Counted from the first letter of the stretch, positions 19,263 through 28,034 are shown. The stretch is DNA of 64,000 nucleotides from Streptosporangiaceae bacterium (GCA_036522155.1 DATDGI010000158.1:3005-67004), one strand, 5' to 3'. Numbers and translations: made by a program. Notes: a model not told the origin generated them from the letters alone.

Positions 19263-19661
19263 ATGTGCAACCAGAACGAGTGGATCGTGCGCGAGGCCTT
19301 CCTGGCCTACGACCGTGGGGACCTCGCGCGGATGATGGACTTTGTGGATCCCGAGCTGGACTGGACCTATCTCGATCCGGACCTGCCTGACCCGCGCCCG
19401 CAGACCTGCCACGGCCGCGGCGAACTGGAAAAGGCGCTGCGGCGGCAGGCCGAACTGGGGCTGCGCGCCCAGCTCGAAGAGGTCATCGCGGCCGGTGACC
19501 AGGTGATGCTGGTGATGCGGACCCCGGGGGTGGACAAGTACCGGCAGCGGCAGGCGGACGACCGGACCTACGATGTGATCACAATGCGGGACGGGCTGAT
19601 CGCCGGGCTGCACGCCTGCCGTGACCGCAGCGAGGCACGCTCGCTCGCGGGCATCAGCTGA
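19263..19661 (+). CDS. SnoaL/NTF2-like fold protein
   Basis: NEWIVREAFLAYDRGDLARMMDFVDPELDW, typical of SnoaL-like/ketosteroid isomerase-like proteins. Confidence 0.7.
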   Translation: MCNQNEWIVREAFLAYDRGDLARMMDFVDPELDWTYLDPDLPDPRPQTCHGRGELEKALRRQAELGLRAQLEEVIAAGDQVMLVMRTPGVDKYRQRQADDRTYDVITMRDGLIAGLHACRDRSEARSLAGIS

Positions 19662-19714
19662 ATCCAGGCCGAAAGCCCGGCGCCGGGCGGATCGCGCCGC
19701 TCTACAATCGCCCG

Positions 19715-20509
19715 GTGGAGCAGTACGTGATCAGGGGCGGCAAGGAGGGCTACGAGCGTCTCCTGCTGCTGTCGCACGAGCGCTGGCCCGGCACCGCGGC
19801 CCTGTTCGGGCGGGCTGGCCTGTCCCCGGGGATGCGGTGCGTCGATCTGGGCTGTGGTGGCGGCGAGGTCACGCTGGAGATGGCCAGGCTCGTCGGGCCG
19901 GGGGGATCGGCCGTCGGCGTCGACATGGACGCGGTCAAGCTCGACCTGGGGTGCCAGGCGGCCGCGGCCCGTGGGCTGCGTAACGTGGAGTTCCGGCAGC
20001 TCAACGTCAACGACTGGGATGAGCCCGGCGGATACGACGCCGTCTTCTGCCGGTTCCTGCTCCAGCACCTGAGCCAGCCGGTCGGCCTGCTGCGCCGGAT
20101 GTGGGCGGGTGTCCGCCCGGGCGGGGTGCTCATGGCCGAGGACGCCGACTTCGACGGCTGGTGCTGCCATCCACCCAACGCCGGGTTCGACTTCTTCGTG
20201 CGCAGCTACCGCGAGGTGGCCCGGCGGCGGGGCGGGGATCACGCGGCCGGGCGCAAGCTGTACGCCTACTTCCTGGCCCTGGGTATTCCGGATCCTGAGG
20301 TGAGCCTGGCCCAGCCGGTATATCTGCGCGGGGAGGGGAAGACGCTGGCCTGGTCGACGCTGGATGCGACCAGGGAAGCGATCGTGGCGGAGGGGGTTGC
20401 GTCTTCCGATGAGGTGACGGACGCGCTCGCCAGCCTGGCGGAGTTCACCGCCGATCCGGAGACGCTCATCGGCGGTCCCCGCATCTTCCAGCTCTGGTCG
20501 CGAAGGTAG
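19715..20509 (+). CDS. Class I SAM-dependent methyltransferase
   Basis: CVDLGCGGGEVTLEMARLVGPGGSAVGVDMD motif I and post-I. Confidence 0.8.
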   Translation: MEQYVIRGGKEGYERLLLLSHERWPGTAALFGRAGLSPGMRCVDLGCGGGEVTLEMARLVGPGGSAVGVDMDAVKLDLGCQAAAARGLRNVEFRQLNVNDWDEPGGYDAVFCRFLLQHLSQPVGLLRRMWAGVRPGGVLMAEDADFDGWCCHPPNAGFDFFVRSYREVARRRGGDHAAGRKLYAYFLALGIPDPEVSLAQPVYLRGEGKTLAWSTLDATREAIVAEGVASSDEVTDALASLAEFTADPETLIGGPRIFQLWSRR

Positions 20510-20552
20510 GCGCGGGGCCGGGACTGAGCGCAGGCTCGGGCCAGGATCATGA

Positions 20553-21341
20553 CTAATAGCGCTGCCACTGCACAGCGAAATCCGTCCCGTCTGAGGCAGG
20601 ATCCCAGGTCACATCTTTCGCCAGCGGGAACAGGGTGTTGGTGTAAATCGTGTACTGGGTGAGATTCGCGCCGAGGTCCAGTGCCGTCTGCGGGCCATTT
20701 TGCACCCAGTAACAGTTCTTGAAGACGACATTCTTCGTGAACTGCGGCCACGTCGCATTGCCCGGATCCTCCACGATCCATTCACCGGTCTGCGGGACAG
20801 CGCTGGAGCTTTGGTTGATCATGATCTTGGTGTAGTGCCAGTGCTTCGTGTTGTCGAATATCCTGAGGACGAAGTAACCGGCGCCCTGATCAGTAACGTC
20901 CGCGCGCATGGAGTCATTGACCGAGACGGGGTATTTACCGTTCGCGGTGATATGAACGGGAGGCTTTGGCGGGAACTCGTACCAGGCCCAGTAGGTGGCC
21001 TTCCCGTTGATGCACTGGCTGTCCGTCCCAGTCTGCTCAAGATTGTTGCCAGATTTTGCACCTCCGAGGCCAGGCCAAACCGAGACCTGCCCAGAGATCG
21101 GCTTACCGTTCCTGCTGCAGTTGACCGAGGGTACAGTCCAGGTACCGCTAACACTGAGCGGTGTATCCGAGGGGTTCGTAAAGTCGAGGCCGTAGCCCGC
21201 CCAGACCTGATTAGGATGATCCGTGATATCAACCCGTGCGAGGGCTGCGGTTGGCAGCCACATGGCTCCACAGGTTATGAGGGCTACGCTCATCGCCGAA
21301 GATCCGAGCAGCCGCCCGAGCCATTTTCGTGCCACGCCCAC
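20553..21341 (-). CDS. Secreted glutamic peptidase, G1 (eqolisin/peptidase A4) family
   Basis: Signal peptide; NQVWAGYGL, VSGTWTVPSV, VWPGLGG, LEQTG (candidate catalytic Gln), YWAWYEF, GEWIVEDP (candidate catalytic Glu). G+C is visibly lower than in the neighbours. Confidence 0.75.
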   Translation of the reverse strand: MGVARKWLGRLLGSSAMSVALITCGAMWLPTAALARVDITDHPNQVWAGYGLDFTNPSDTPLSVSGTWTVPSVNCSRNGKPISGQVSVWPGLGGAKSGNNLEQTGTDSQCINGKATYWAWYEFPPKPPVHITANGKYPVSVNDSMRADVTDQGAGYFVLRIFDNTKHWHYTKIMINQSSSAVPQTGEWIVEDPGNATWPQFTKNVVFKNCYWVQNGPQTALDLGANLTQYTIYTNTLFPLAKDVTWDPASDGTDFAVQWQRY

Positions 21342-21525
21342 CCCTTAGCCATCGCTTCACAGGTTCAGTCATGAGACTGAGCGAAGCGCCCTTATTCCGC
21401 AGTCGCGCCGTGACCCTTATACCGAGAAGCGGGGCTTGCCGGGATCTTCGTTAGCTCTATGACGCCTCAGTTCAGCCGGAGGATGACAAGACCCGGCCCC
21501 TTGCTGGTCTGGGACGGCTGGGCGG

Positions 21526-22665
21526 TCAGCGGTTGGCGGCCCGGGCGGCGACGGGCCAGCGGTCGATGACGTGCCCCGAGTCGGCGACCATGAGTTCGGG
21601 GACGAGGTTGACGGCGGTGCAGACATGGTTGGGTACCACGGCGACCACGTCCCCTAGCGACGGGGAGCTCCCGTCAATGGAGACCACGGCGTGGTGCTCC
21701 CACAGTCCGGTGATCCGGGCGTCGGGCCAGTCGGCGAGCCGTCCGTAGCCGCTGGCCCAGGCCGGCCGGTCTGGGCCGAGCACCTTGGACCCAGCGTCGA
21801 GAACGATCCGTCCCGGTGCTGGGCGGCTGACCACGGTGGCGGCCACCATCAGCGCCACCTCGTCCATCGAGACGGTCCCCAGCTCGACCTGCTGGGCGTC
21901 GTTGAGCGCATAAACGCCGGGCCGCAGCTCGGTGAGCGCACCGGTCCGGGCCAGGCGGGCGCTCGGCGTCGAGCCGCCGCTTCGCTCCACGTCCCTGAAC
22001 CCGGCGGCGGCCAGCCCGGCGGCGGCCTGGTCCAGGGCGGTGGCCTCATCGGCGGCGGCAGCCGCCGCGGCGCCCGGCGCGTAGCTGTGGCCGGGGAAGG
22101 TGAACACCCCGCTGACCTCCAGGCCGGCCTGCTGTGCCGCTTGGGCAACGCCGGCGGCGCCGGCCGGCTGCACACCACTGCGGCTCAGGCCGCAGTCGAC
22201 TTCGACCATGACCCGCACCCTCCCGGCCAGTGGGGCCAGCCGCTCGGCCGCCGCGACGGAATCGGTCCCGACGGTGACCTGGACCCGCTCGGCTAGCTCA
22301 CCCAGCCGCGTGACCAAGTCCCCTGCCGGCCACAGCGGGTAGGCGATGAAGATGTCCTGTACCTCAGGCCCGGCCTGAACCGCTCCGCTGCGGCCGGCCA
22401 GGCTCTCAGCCTCACCGACGGTGGCCACACTCAGGCCCCGGGCACCCAGAGCCATCTGCCGGCGCGCGATCTGCGGGCACTTGTGCGTCTTGGCATGCGG
22501 TCGCAGCGCCACCCCGGCACCGGCCGCAAACGCCGACATGCCCGACAGGTTGCTTTCCAGCCGGTCCGCCAGCACCAGCGTCGCCGGAGTGGCCAGGCCG
22601 CCCGGCAGAAGACCGCCGATCCCCATCCCCCCATCATCACCCGCAGGCCTGACTAGGCCGCGCAA
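21526..22665 (-). CDS. PLP-dependent D-threonine aldolase/D-serine dehydratase-like enzyme (alanine racemase N-terminal fold)
   Basis: LRPHAKTHKCPQIARRQMALGARGLSVATVGEAE contains the PLP-lysine motif of this family. Confidence 0.8.
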   Translation of the reverse strand: MRGLVRPAGDDGGMGIGGLLPGGLATPATLVLADRLESNLSGMSAFAAGAGVALRPHAKTHKCPQIARRQMALGARGLSVATVGEAESLAGRSGAVQAGPEVQDIFIAYPLWPAGDLVTRLGELAERVQVTVGTDSVAAAERLAPLAGRVRVMVEVDCGLSRSGVQPAGAAGVAQAAQQAGLEVSGVFTFPGHSYAPGAAAAAAADEATALDQAAAGLAAAGFRDVERSGGSTPSARLARTGALTELRPGVYALNDAQQVELGTVSMDEVALMVAATVVSRPAPGRIVLDAGSKVLGPDRPAWASGYGRLADWPDARITGLWEHHAVVSIDGSSPSLGDVVAVVPNHVCTAVNLVPELMVADSGHVIDRWPVAARAANR

Positions 22666-22687
22666 TTCAGGATCGTGCGTTGTGCTC

Positions 22688-23194
22688 CTACGGCGGCGGC
22701 AGGGTGATGGCGAGTTTGCGCAACAGCCCGGCGAGCTGGCTTTGTTCTGTCGCGGTCAGGCCGCTGAGGATGCGCTGCTCGTTGGCCACGTGCTGGCCGG
22801 CCGCTTGGTCGATCCGGCTGAGGCCCTTGGGCGTCAGCGTGATCAGGACGCCGCGCCGGTCACTCGGATCGGGCCCGCGGGTGATGTGGCCGGCGGCCTC
22901 GAGCCGGTCGAGCCGTTTGGTAGTGCCGGACGAGGTCAGCATCAAGGTCGCGGCGAAGTCGGTCGGGCGCAGCCGGTAGGGCGGCCCGGCGCGGCGCAGC
23001 GTGGCGAGGACGTCGTACCAGCCGGGTTCCAGGCCGCTGGCGGCGTACACGGGATCGAGCCGGCGCTCGATCTCCCGGCAGAGGCGGGAGATCCGGCCGA
23101 TCACGGCGATCGGCGAGGTATCGAGGTCGGGCCGCTCGCGCTGCCACTGGTCGAGGATCGCATCGACGCCATCGGTGTCTGCCATGAGCCGCAC
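22688..23194 (-). CDS. MarR family transcriptional regulator
   Basis: Winged-helix region LRPTDFAATLMLTSSGTTKRLDRLEAAGHITRGPDPSDRRGVLITLTPKG. Confidence 0.9.
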   Translation of the reverse strand: MRLMADTDGVDAILDQWQRERPDLDTSPIAVIGRISRLCREIERRLDPVYAASGLEPGWYDVLATLRRAGPPYRLRPTDFAATLMLTSSGTTKRLDRLEAAGHITRGPDPSDRRGVLITLTPKGLSRIDQAAGQHVANEQRILSGLTATEQSQLAGLLRKLAITLPPP

Positions 23195-23247
23195 TGTAAC
23201 CCGGCCGGGCTGTATGCCGTCTGCGGACGTAATCTCTTGAGGTTTAG

Positions 23248-23289
23248 CTTCCTAGGATGTATCTTTCTAAGAAATAACGTCCTAGGAAG
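23248..23289. promoter_or_regulatory. Nested palindrome (two TCCTAGGA boxes 30 bp apart) in the marR promoter region; candidate MarR operator
   Basis: CTTCCTAGGA (23248-23257) and TCCTAGGAAG (23280-23289) are exact reverse complements. An inner TTTCT-A-AGAAA palindrome is centred at ~23269. The site lies 54-95 bp upstream of the marR start, in an AT-rich gap. Confidence 0.5.
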
Positions 23290-23408
23290 GGTAGGCCGGA
23301 ACGATGCTCTCACCACTCATCTCCAGTCTCAAGCGACGTGGCCAGCGCCTGCGCGTCCGGCGCCTTCCCGGCTACCGGGCCGAGCCGATGCCGCGGATGC
23401 GGTGGTAC

Positions 23409-25574
23409 TCATGACCCCATCCAGGAGCTCGTGAGGATGACGAGTCGCTGGGTCGCCCGGGTCATCGCGACATAACGGTCGACCGCTCCTTCGATCCCCT
23501 CGCCGAACGCCTCTAGGTCGATGAGGACGACCAGGTCGAACTCGAGCCCCTTCGACAGCTCCGGGGTCAGCGACCGGACGCGGGACGTCGCCCGGAACGC
23601 GGGATCGCCGATGACGCAGGCGATCCCTTCGGCGTGCGCGGCGAGCCAGCCGTCGAGTACCGGGCCTAGGTCCGCGGCGGATCCGTGGACGACGGGGAGG
23701 CCGCTGCGGCGGATGGAGACCGGTACGTTGGCGTCCGGGAGCACGGCCCGGATGACCGGCTCGGCTTCCACCATGACCTCTTCGGGCGTCCGGTAGTTGA
23801 TGTTCAGGGAGGCCAGGCGGATCTGGTCGAGCCCGATCCGCTTGAGCCGTTCCTGCCACGACTCCGTGAACCCGTGCCGGGCCTGGGCCCGGTCCCCGAC
23901 GATGGTGAAGCTCCGGGACGGGCAGCGGAGCAGCAGCATCTGCCACTCCGCGTCGGTCAGTTCCTGAGCCTCGTCCACGACGATGTGCGCGAACGGGCCG
24001 GCGAGCCGGTCCGGATCGGCAACGGGCAGTGCGGCCTCATTGACCAGGGCGTCCTGGAAGTCCTCGCCGCGCAGCATCGTCACCAGACCTACGCCGTACT
24101 CGTCGTCCGCGGCCTCGATCAGGTCGTCGACGACCCGGGCCATCTGCTCGCGTTCAGCGGCGACCGCGGCGTCATGCCGGCGCTTGCGTCGTGATGCCTG
24201 CGGGTCGCCCAGCCGCTGCCGTGCCGCGTCCAGGAGCGGCAGGTCGGACACCGTCCAGGCCTGGGCGTCCCCGCGCTGCAGCTTCTGAACCTCATCGCGG
24301 CTGAGCCAGGGCGCGCACAGGCGCAGGTAGGCAGGGACCGACCACAGGTCTCCGACGAGGTCAGCCGCCTCGATCAGCGGCCACGCGCGGTTGAGGGCCG
24401 TGAGCAGCTCCTCGTTCCGCAGCAGCGACTTGCGGAGCAGGTCAGCCGAGACGTCGCCGTCGTACTTGTCCTTCAGGATCGCGAGCAACCGCTCCCAGAT
24501 CTGGTCGCGCGCCTCGTTGTGCGGAGTACCTGGTTCTGGCGTTTCGAACGCCTCGGCCCAGTCCTCGGCGCTCAGCCAGATGTCGGACCAGTGGGTCTCG
24601 ACCGTCATCCCCCTGGTGGGCGGCTTCTCGTAGAACCTGACGGCCGGCTCGATGGCCTTCACCAGGTCCGCGGACGACTTCAGACGGGCCACCTCGGGGT
24701 CGGTCTCGATCGCTGCCGCGGCTCCCTCGGCGACGAGGCCCCGCAGGGTGCAGGTCTGCACGCCCTCCTCTCCGAGGCTGGGGAGGACGTCCGCGACGTA
24801 GGCCAGGTAGGGCTGGTGCGGACCGACGAACAGCACGCCGCCCCGGTGGTGACCGAGGCGAGGGTCGGAGTAGAGGAGGTAGGCGGAGCGGTGCAGCGCG
24901 ACGACGGTCTTCCCCGTACCCGGACCGCCGTCGACGACGAGAGCGCCGCGGGATCCCGCGCGGATGATGGCGTCCTGGTCGGCCTGGATGGTGGCGAGCA
25001 CGTCTCGCATCCGGGCCGACCGGCTGCTGCCCAGGCTGGCGATGAAGGCGGACTGGTCGTCGAGCGCGGCGTGCCCTGCAAGCCCGTCCGAGGTGAACAC
25101 CTCGTCCCAGTAGTCGCTGATCCGGCCGCCGGTCCAGCGATACCTGCGGCGGCTTACCAGGCCCATCGGGTTGGCGTGGGTCGCCCCGAAGAAGGGCTCA
25201 GCCGCGGGGGAGCGCCAGTCGATCAGCAGCCGGCGACCCGCGCGGTCCGTCAAGCCAAGCCGGCCGACGTACACGGGCTCAGGATTGTCTGCGCCGACCA
25301 TGCGTCCGAGGCACAGGTCCAAACCGAAGCGGCGCAGGACGCGCAGGCGAGCGGACAGCCGGTGGATCTCCAGGTCCCGGTCCATCGCTTCCTGGCCGAT
25401 GCCGCCGGGCGCCTTGCGCTCGGCATCGAGGCGGTCGGACAGGTCGGCGATCGTCTGCTCGAGGCTCTCCGCGATGGCCGCGAAGTGCCGCTCGTCGCCG
25501 GCGATCAGTGCCGGGTCGGCCTTGGCGGAGAGGCGGTCGGGAAGGTCGAACGCGCTGGTAGTCAGGGGATTCAC
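23409..25574 (-). CDS. helR: HelD-family RNA-polymerase-associated helicase-like protein (HelR-like)
   Basis: UvrD-like ATPase motifs (VVDGGPGTGKTVVALHRSAYLLY; HIVVDEAQELT; LNINYRTP; VAMTRATQRLVIL). I chose the GTG at 25574, which has GGAG 9 nt upstream; the track ORF extends further upstream spuriously. The symbol rests on the upstream RAE-like palindrome. Confidence 0.8.
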   Translation of the reverse strand: MNPLTTSAFDLPDRLSAKADPALIAGDERHFAAIAESLEQTIADLSDRLDAERKAPGGIGQEAMDRDLEIHRLSARLRVLRRFGLDLCLGRMVGADNPEPVYVGRLGLTDRAGRRLLIDWRSPAAEPFFGATHANPMGLVSRRRYRWTGGRISDYWDEVFTSDGLAGHAALDDQSAFIASLGSSRSARMRDVLATIQADQDAIIRAGSRGALVVDGGPGTGKTVVALHRSAYLLYSDPRLGHHRGGVLFVGPHQPYLAYVADVLPSLGEEGVQTCTLRGLVAEGAAAAIETDPEVARLKSSADLVKAIEPAVRFYEKPPTRGMTVETHWSDIWLSAEDWAEAFETPEPGTPHNEARDQIWERLLAILKDKYDGDVSADLLRKSLLRNEELLTALNRAWPLIEAADLVGDLWSVPAYLRLCAPWLSRDEVQKLQRGDAQAWTVSDLPLLDAARQRLGDPQASRRKRRHDAAVAAEREQMARVVDDLIEAADDEYGVGLVTMLRGEDFQDALVNEAALPVADPDRLAGPFAHIVVDEAQELTDAEWQMLLLRCPSRSFTIVGDRAQARHGFTESWQERLKRIGLDQIRLASLNINYRTPEEVMVEAEPVIRAVLPDANVPVSIRRSGLPVVHGSAADLGPVLDGWLAAHAEGIACVIGDPAFRATSRVRSLTPELSKGLEFDLVVLIDLEAFGEGIEGAVDRYVAMTRATQRLVILTSSWMGS

Positions 25575-25735
25575 GTTATCGGCTCCGGTCCGCGCCGAGT
25601 GCCCGCAACCGCACCGCGAGTCCCATCGGCGGCTCGACGTCCCCGCGCGACCCATACCTCGGCAGCAACACACGCATTCCGCGACCCCCCATTTCCGCGG
25701 GTTCTGGCCCGGCCAGCGATTATGCGGCACGACCC

Positions 25736-25754
25736 GGGTCTTGCCGCAAGCCCC
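25736..25754 (-). promoter_or_regulatory. Rifamycin-associated-element (RAE)-like 19-bp inverted repeat
   Basis: The minus strand reads GGGGCTTGC-G-GCAAGACCC (9-bp arms, one mismatch). It is followed 11 nt later by CATAAT (25719-25724) and lies about 160-180 bp upstream of the helD-like start. Confidence 0.6.
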
Positions 25755-25889
25755 CCGGTCCGCTATACGTTGAAAGTGGAGGGGAGTGGGTGCTCTCCAG
25801 CAAGGCCGGCTCGAACGTCGTCGAGAGCGCGGCCAACCCGGCCCACCTCCTCGCCAGGCACAAGCCTGGCCAGGACAGGTCAGCAAGGT

Positions 25890-25957
25890 GTCGCACATCA
25901 GCCGAAGCCAGCGTCGCGCATCAGCCGGAACCGCGTCGCACATCAGCCGGAGCCAGA
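25890..25957. repeat. Three tandem 22-23 bp direct repeats
   Basis: GTCGCACATCAGCCGAAGCCAGC / GTCGCGCATCAGCCGGAACCGC / GTCGCACATCAGCCGGAGCCAGA, between the tRNA-Lys 3' end and the RAE-like site. Confidence 0.8.
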
Positions 25958-25990
25958 ATGCCGCACCTCACCCGGGACCACACCGTTTGC

Positions 25991-26065
25991 TGGTGGGGCG
26001 CCAGGGGCTCGAACCCTGAACCAACGGATTAAAAGTCCGCTGCTCTACCGTTGAGCTAGCACCCC
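25991..26065 (-). tRNA. tRNA-Lys (anticodon UUU), CCA encoded
   Basis: Reverse complement GGGGTGC-TA-GCTC..GAGC-A-GCGGA-CTTTTAA-TCCGT...CAGGG-TTCGAGC-CCCTG-GCGCCCC-A-CCA folds as a cloverleaf. Confidence 0.9.
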
Positions 26066-26136
26066 GCAAGAATAAGCTAGCTAACCTGCTATTTGTTTCA
26101 TATCGGTGCCCTCCAGGTCAGTAAAGCTCACCTCTT

Positions 26137-26500
26137 ATGGCGCTCCCGGATTTCGCTGGAACGTTGATCCTTGCTGACCTGCTCCCGTCATGGAAGCTGG
26201 CTCTCAAGGTTGCCAGCCAGTCACCCAAGACCATCGTTTCCTACCTGGACTCCATGAAGCGCCTAGCAGACTACCTTGCGAGCGAGGGCCCTGAGCGGGC
26301 GCTCCAGGCATCAGCAGCTTCCTCACCCGGAGCTAGGCTGTCCGGCCAGCGTCAGCAGCGAAGCACCACCGCAACCCGCGCGTCTACTTCCGCTGGCTGA
26401 CCGCTGGGGGAGAACCATGACGCGGTTGGACAAGCCCAAGGTGACCTGGCCGCTCCGCCGGGGTGACCAGGCCGTTAGCGCCGGTCGGCCTAGCAGCTAC
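26137..26500 (+). pseudogene. N-terminal fragment of a tyrosine recombinase (SAM-like domain), frameshifted and truncated
   Basis: LLPSWKLALKVASQSPKTIVSYLDSMKRLADYLASEG, then RVYFRWLTAGGE and MTRLDKPKVT in other frames. There is no catalytic domain. Confidence 0.55.
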
Positions 26501-27795
26501 GGCGTGGCAGGCGGGTAGTACCAGAAGTACACGCCGACGGGGGTCGGCGCATTCCAGTCACGCGTGCGCTCATATCGCCGCAGCACGGCTGGCAGCTGTT
26601 CGTGGTGGTAAGCATTGGTGACGGTAATGATGTGCCACGGGGTGACGTGCACGGCCGCGGATATCGCACTGAGCGGCTGACCTTTCGACAGGAAGGGGGT
26701 GATCAGTGTGGCTCCGTCAAAAGGCGGGCACGCGGGAAGGGCCGGCGGCGGGTGGTATAGCCAGGGGATGAGCGGTGGGTACTGTTGAGGCTGGTCCGGC
26801 ATTATCGGCTGGCAGACAGAACGGCTCACAACATCATCCGTGTGTAGATAAGTGATAGTCCTGCTCTCGGCCAGCAACACGGTAAACCACGTCACGTCGG
26901 ATGTCAGGACATAGCCATAATATATATGGCGATTCTTCAGCACGATCTTTTCCGCGGGCAGCCACATCGCATGTGCCGCTTCCACATAGTAATTGCGATG
27001 CTGCGGAGCTGGATATATGTAGTGCACGTAAGGAAAGAGGGCAACGGTCGCCGCTACGGCCACCACGACGCCAAGTAGCCAGGGCACGACCCCCGTGATC
27101 ACCCCCGTGAGCAGGGTCACACCTTCTCCTGCCAGCGATTCAAAACTCTCTGAGAGTGCCGGTAGGACGATGAACACAATGACGAACCCAATGGCGACCC
27201 ACGTCAGGACCACGAGTATCGTGTGCCAGGGGATTCCGTAGGAGGTGACCTGGGCGACCACGCGATGTTCCACGCGCCGGTCATTGGCACTTGCCAGGCG
27301 CAGTGGCACCGGTAGGTGTGCGCGGGGCAGGGCAAAGAAGAGGGCGAGGGCGGCAGCCGAAAACAGGATGATGCTCGCCGCCTCAGCAAAGCTTCGGTTA
27401 TATGCCCAGAGCAGGGCGAGGATCACCAGCAGGGAGACGATGGCCGGCGTCCGGAAATCGGCTGCACGAGCGGCCAGCTGGTGCCAGTCTGCCTTGGCTA
27501 GGCTCAGCGCTTGCGGCAGCGTTATGGAAGTAGGGGAAATAAAGGCTGCGAATGCGAAAACAATTAGGCTGAGCAGGAAGCGCCGGAAGAGCAAGAGAAG
27601 AAGTGCCAGGTAAGGTATGAAGACGGGAACGAGCGGGATCACCGTACCCAGCAGTGTGTTAACAAGTCCGCCGGACGTGGCGATCGTCACGGCCGTTGTC
27701 GTATTGAAGTTCGCGATGACAATCAGTCTGCCAGCAGAAATGAGCAGGATGCCCAGCGGCGAGAGGATCCAGGCAATTGACGCTCTGGTCGACAT
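26497..27795 (-). CDS. Orphan polytopic membrane protein with ~170 aa C-terminal soluble domain; low G+C
   Basis: About 8 hydrophobic helices, then a Tyr/Pro/His-rich domain. Composition is clearly more AT-rich than the flanks. No family recognised. Confidence 0.55.
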   Translation of the reverse strand: MSTRASIAWILSPLGILLISAGRLIVIANFNTTTAVTIATSGGLVNTLLGTVIPLVPVFIPYLALLLLLFRRFLLSLIVFAFAAFISPTSITLPQALSLAKADWHQLAARAADFRTPAIVSLLVILALLWAYNRSFAEAASIILFSAAALALFFALPRAHLPVPLRLASANDRRVEHRVVAQVTSYGIPWHTILVVLTWVAIGFVIVFIVLPALSESFESLAGEGVTLLTGVITGVVPWLLGVVVAVAATVALFPYVHYIYPAPQHRNYYVEAAHAMWLPAEKIVLKNRHIYYGYVLTSDVTWFTVLLAESRTITYLHTDDVVSRSVCQPIMPDQPQQYPPLIPWLYHPPPALPACPPFDGATLITPFLSKGQPLSAISAAVHVTPWHIITVTNAYHHEQLPAVLRRYERTRDWNAPTPVGVYFWYYPPATP

Positions 27796-28034
27796 CGGCA
27801 GCTACCGGTAGGCTAGACCACGACATTCGATAGGCAAGAGAAGCTGGCGGCACCCGCCACTTCTCCTGACGCAAATAGTTAATTGCGTGTATAAGACGCT
27901 CAGGCCAACCGAACGTATGACGAACAAATGTTGCGATATGGTAACAAATGGTCAGGTTCGGTGTGTAGTGGCGTTTGCAGCAGTGGCGGAGGCCGCAGCC
28001 ACCGGTCGTGAGCCAGTCGGCTGAGCCCACCTGG

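Noticed and set aside
25575-25943. The 122-codon N-terminal extension of the HelD-like ORF given in the track (start at 25943).
   Set aside because: The extension is low-complexity (Arg/Cys/Trp-rich) and would run through the RAE-like palindrome, the -10-like hexamer and the tandem repeats. A GTG with a GGAG RBS at 25574 gives a protein of typical HelD length.
25890-25957. Possible CRISPR array.
   Set aside because: The three repeat units are directly contiguous with no spacers. No cas genes are present and no other array-like structure was seen anywhere in the window.
25991-26500. tRNA-Lys as the attachment site of the adjacent low-GC islet.
   Set aside because: The integrase fragment and low-GC DNA lie on the 5' side of the tRNA. 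I found no repeat of the tRNA-Lys sequence at the other border (27.8-28.03 kb). I therefore report only a compositional islet, not an att-bounded island.
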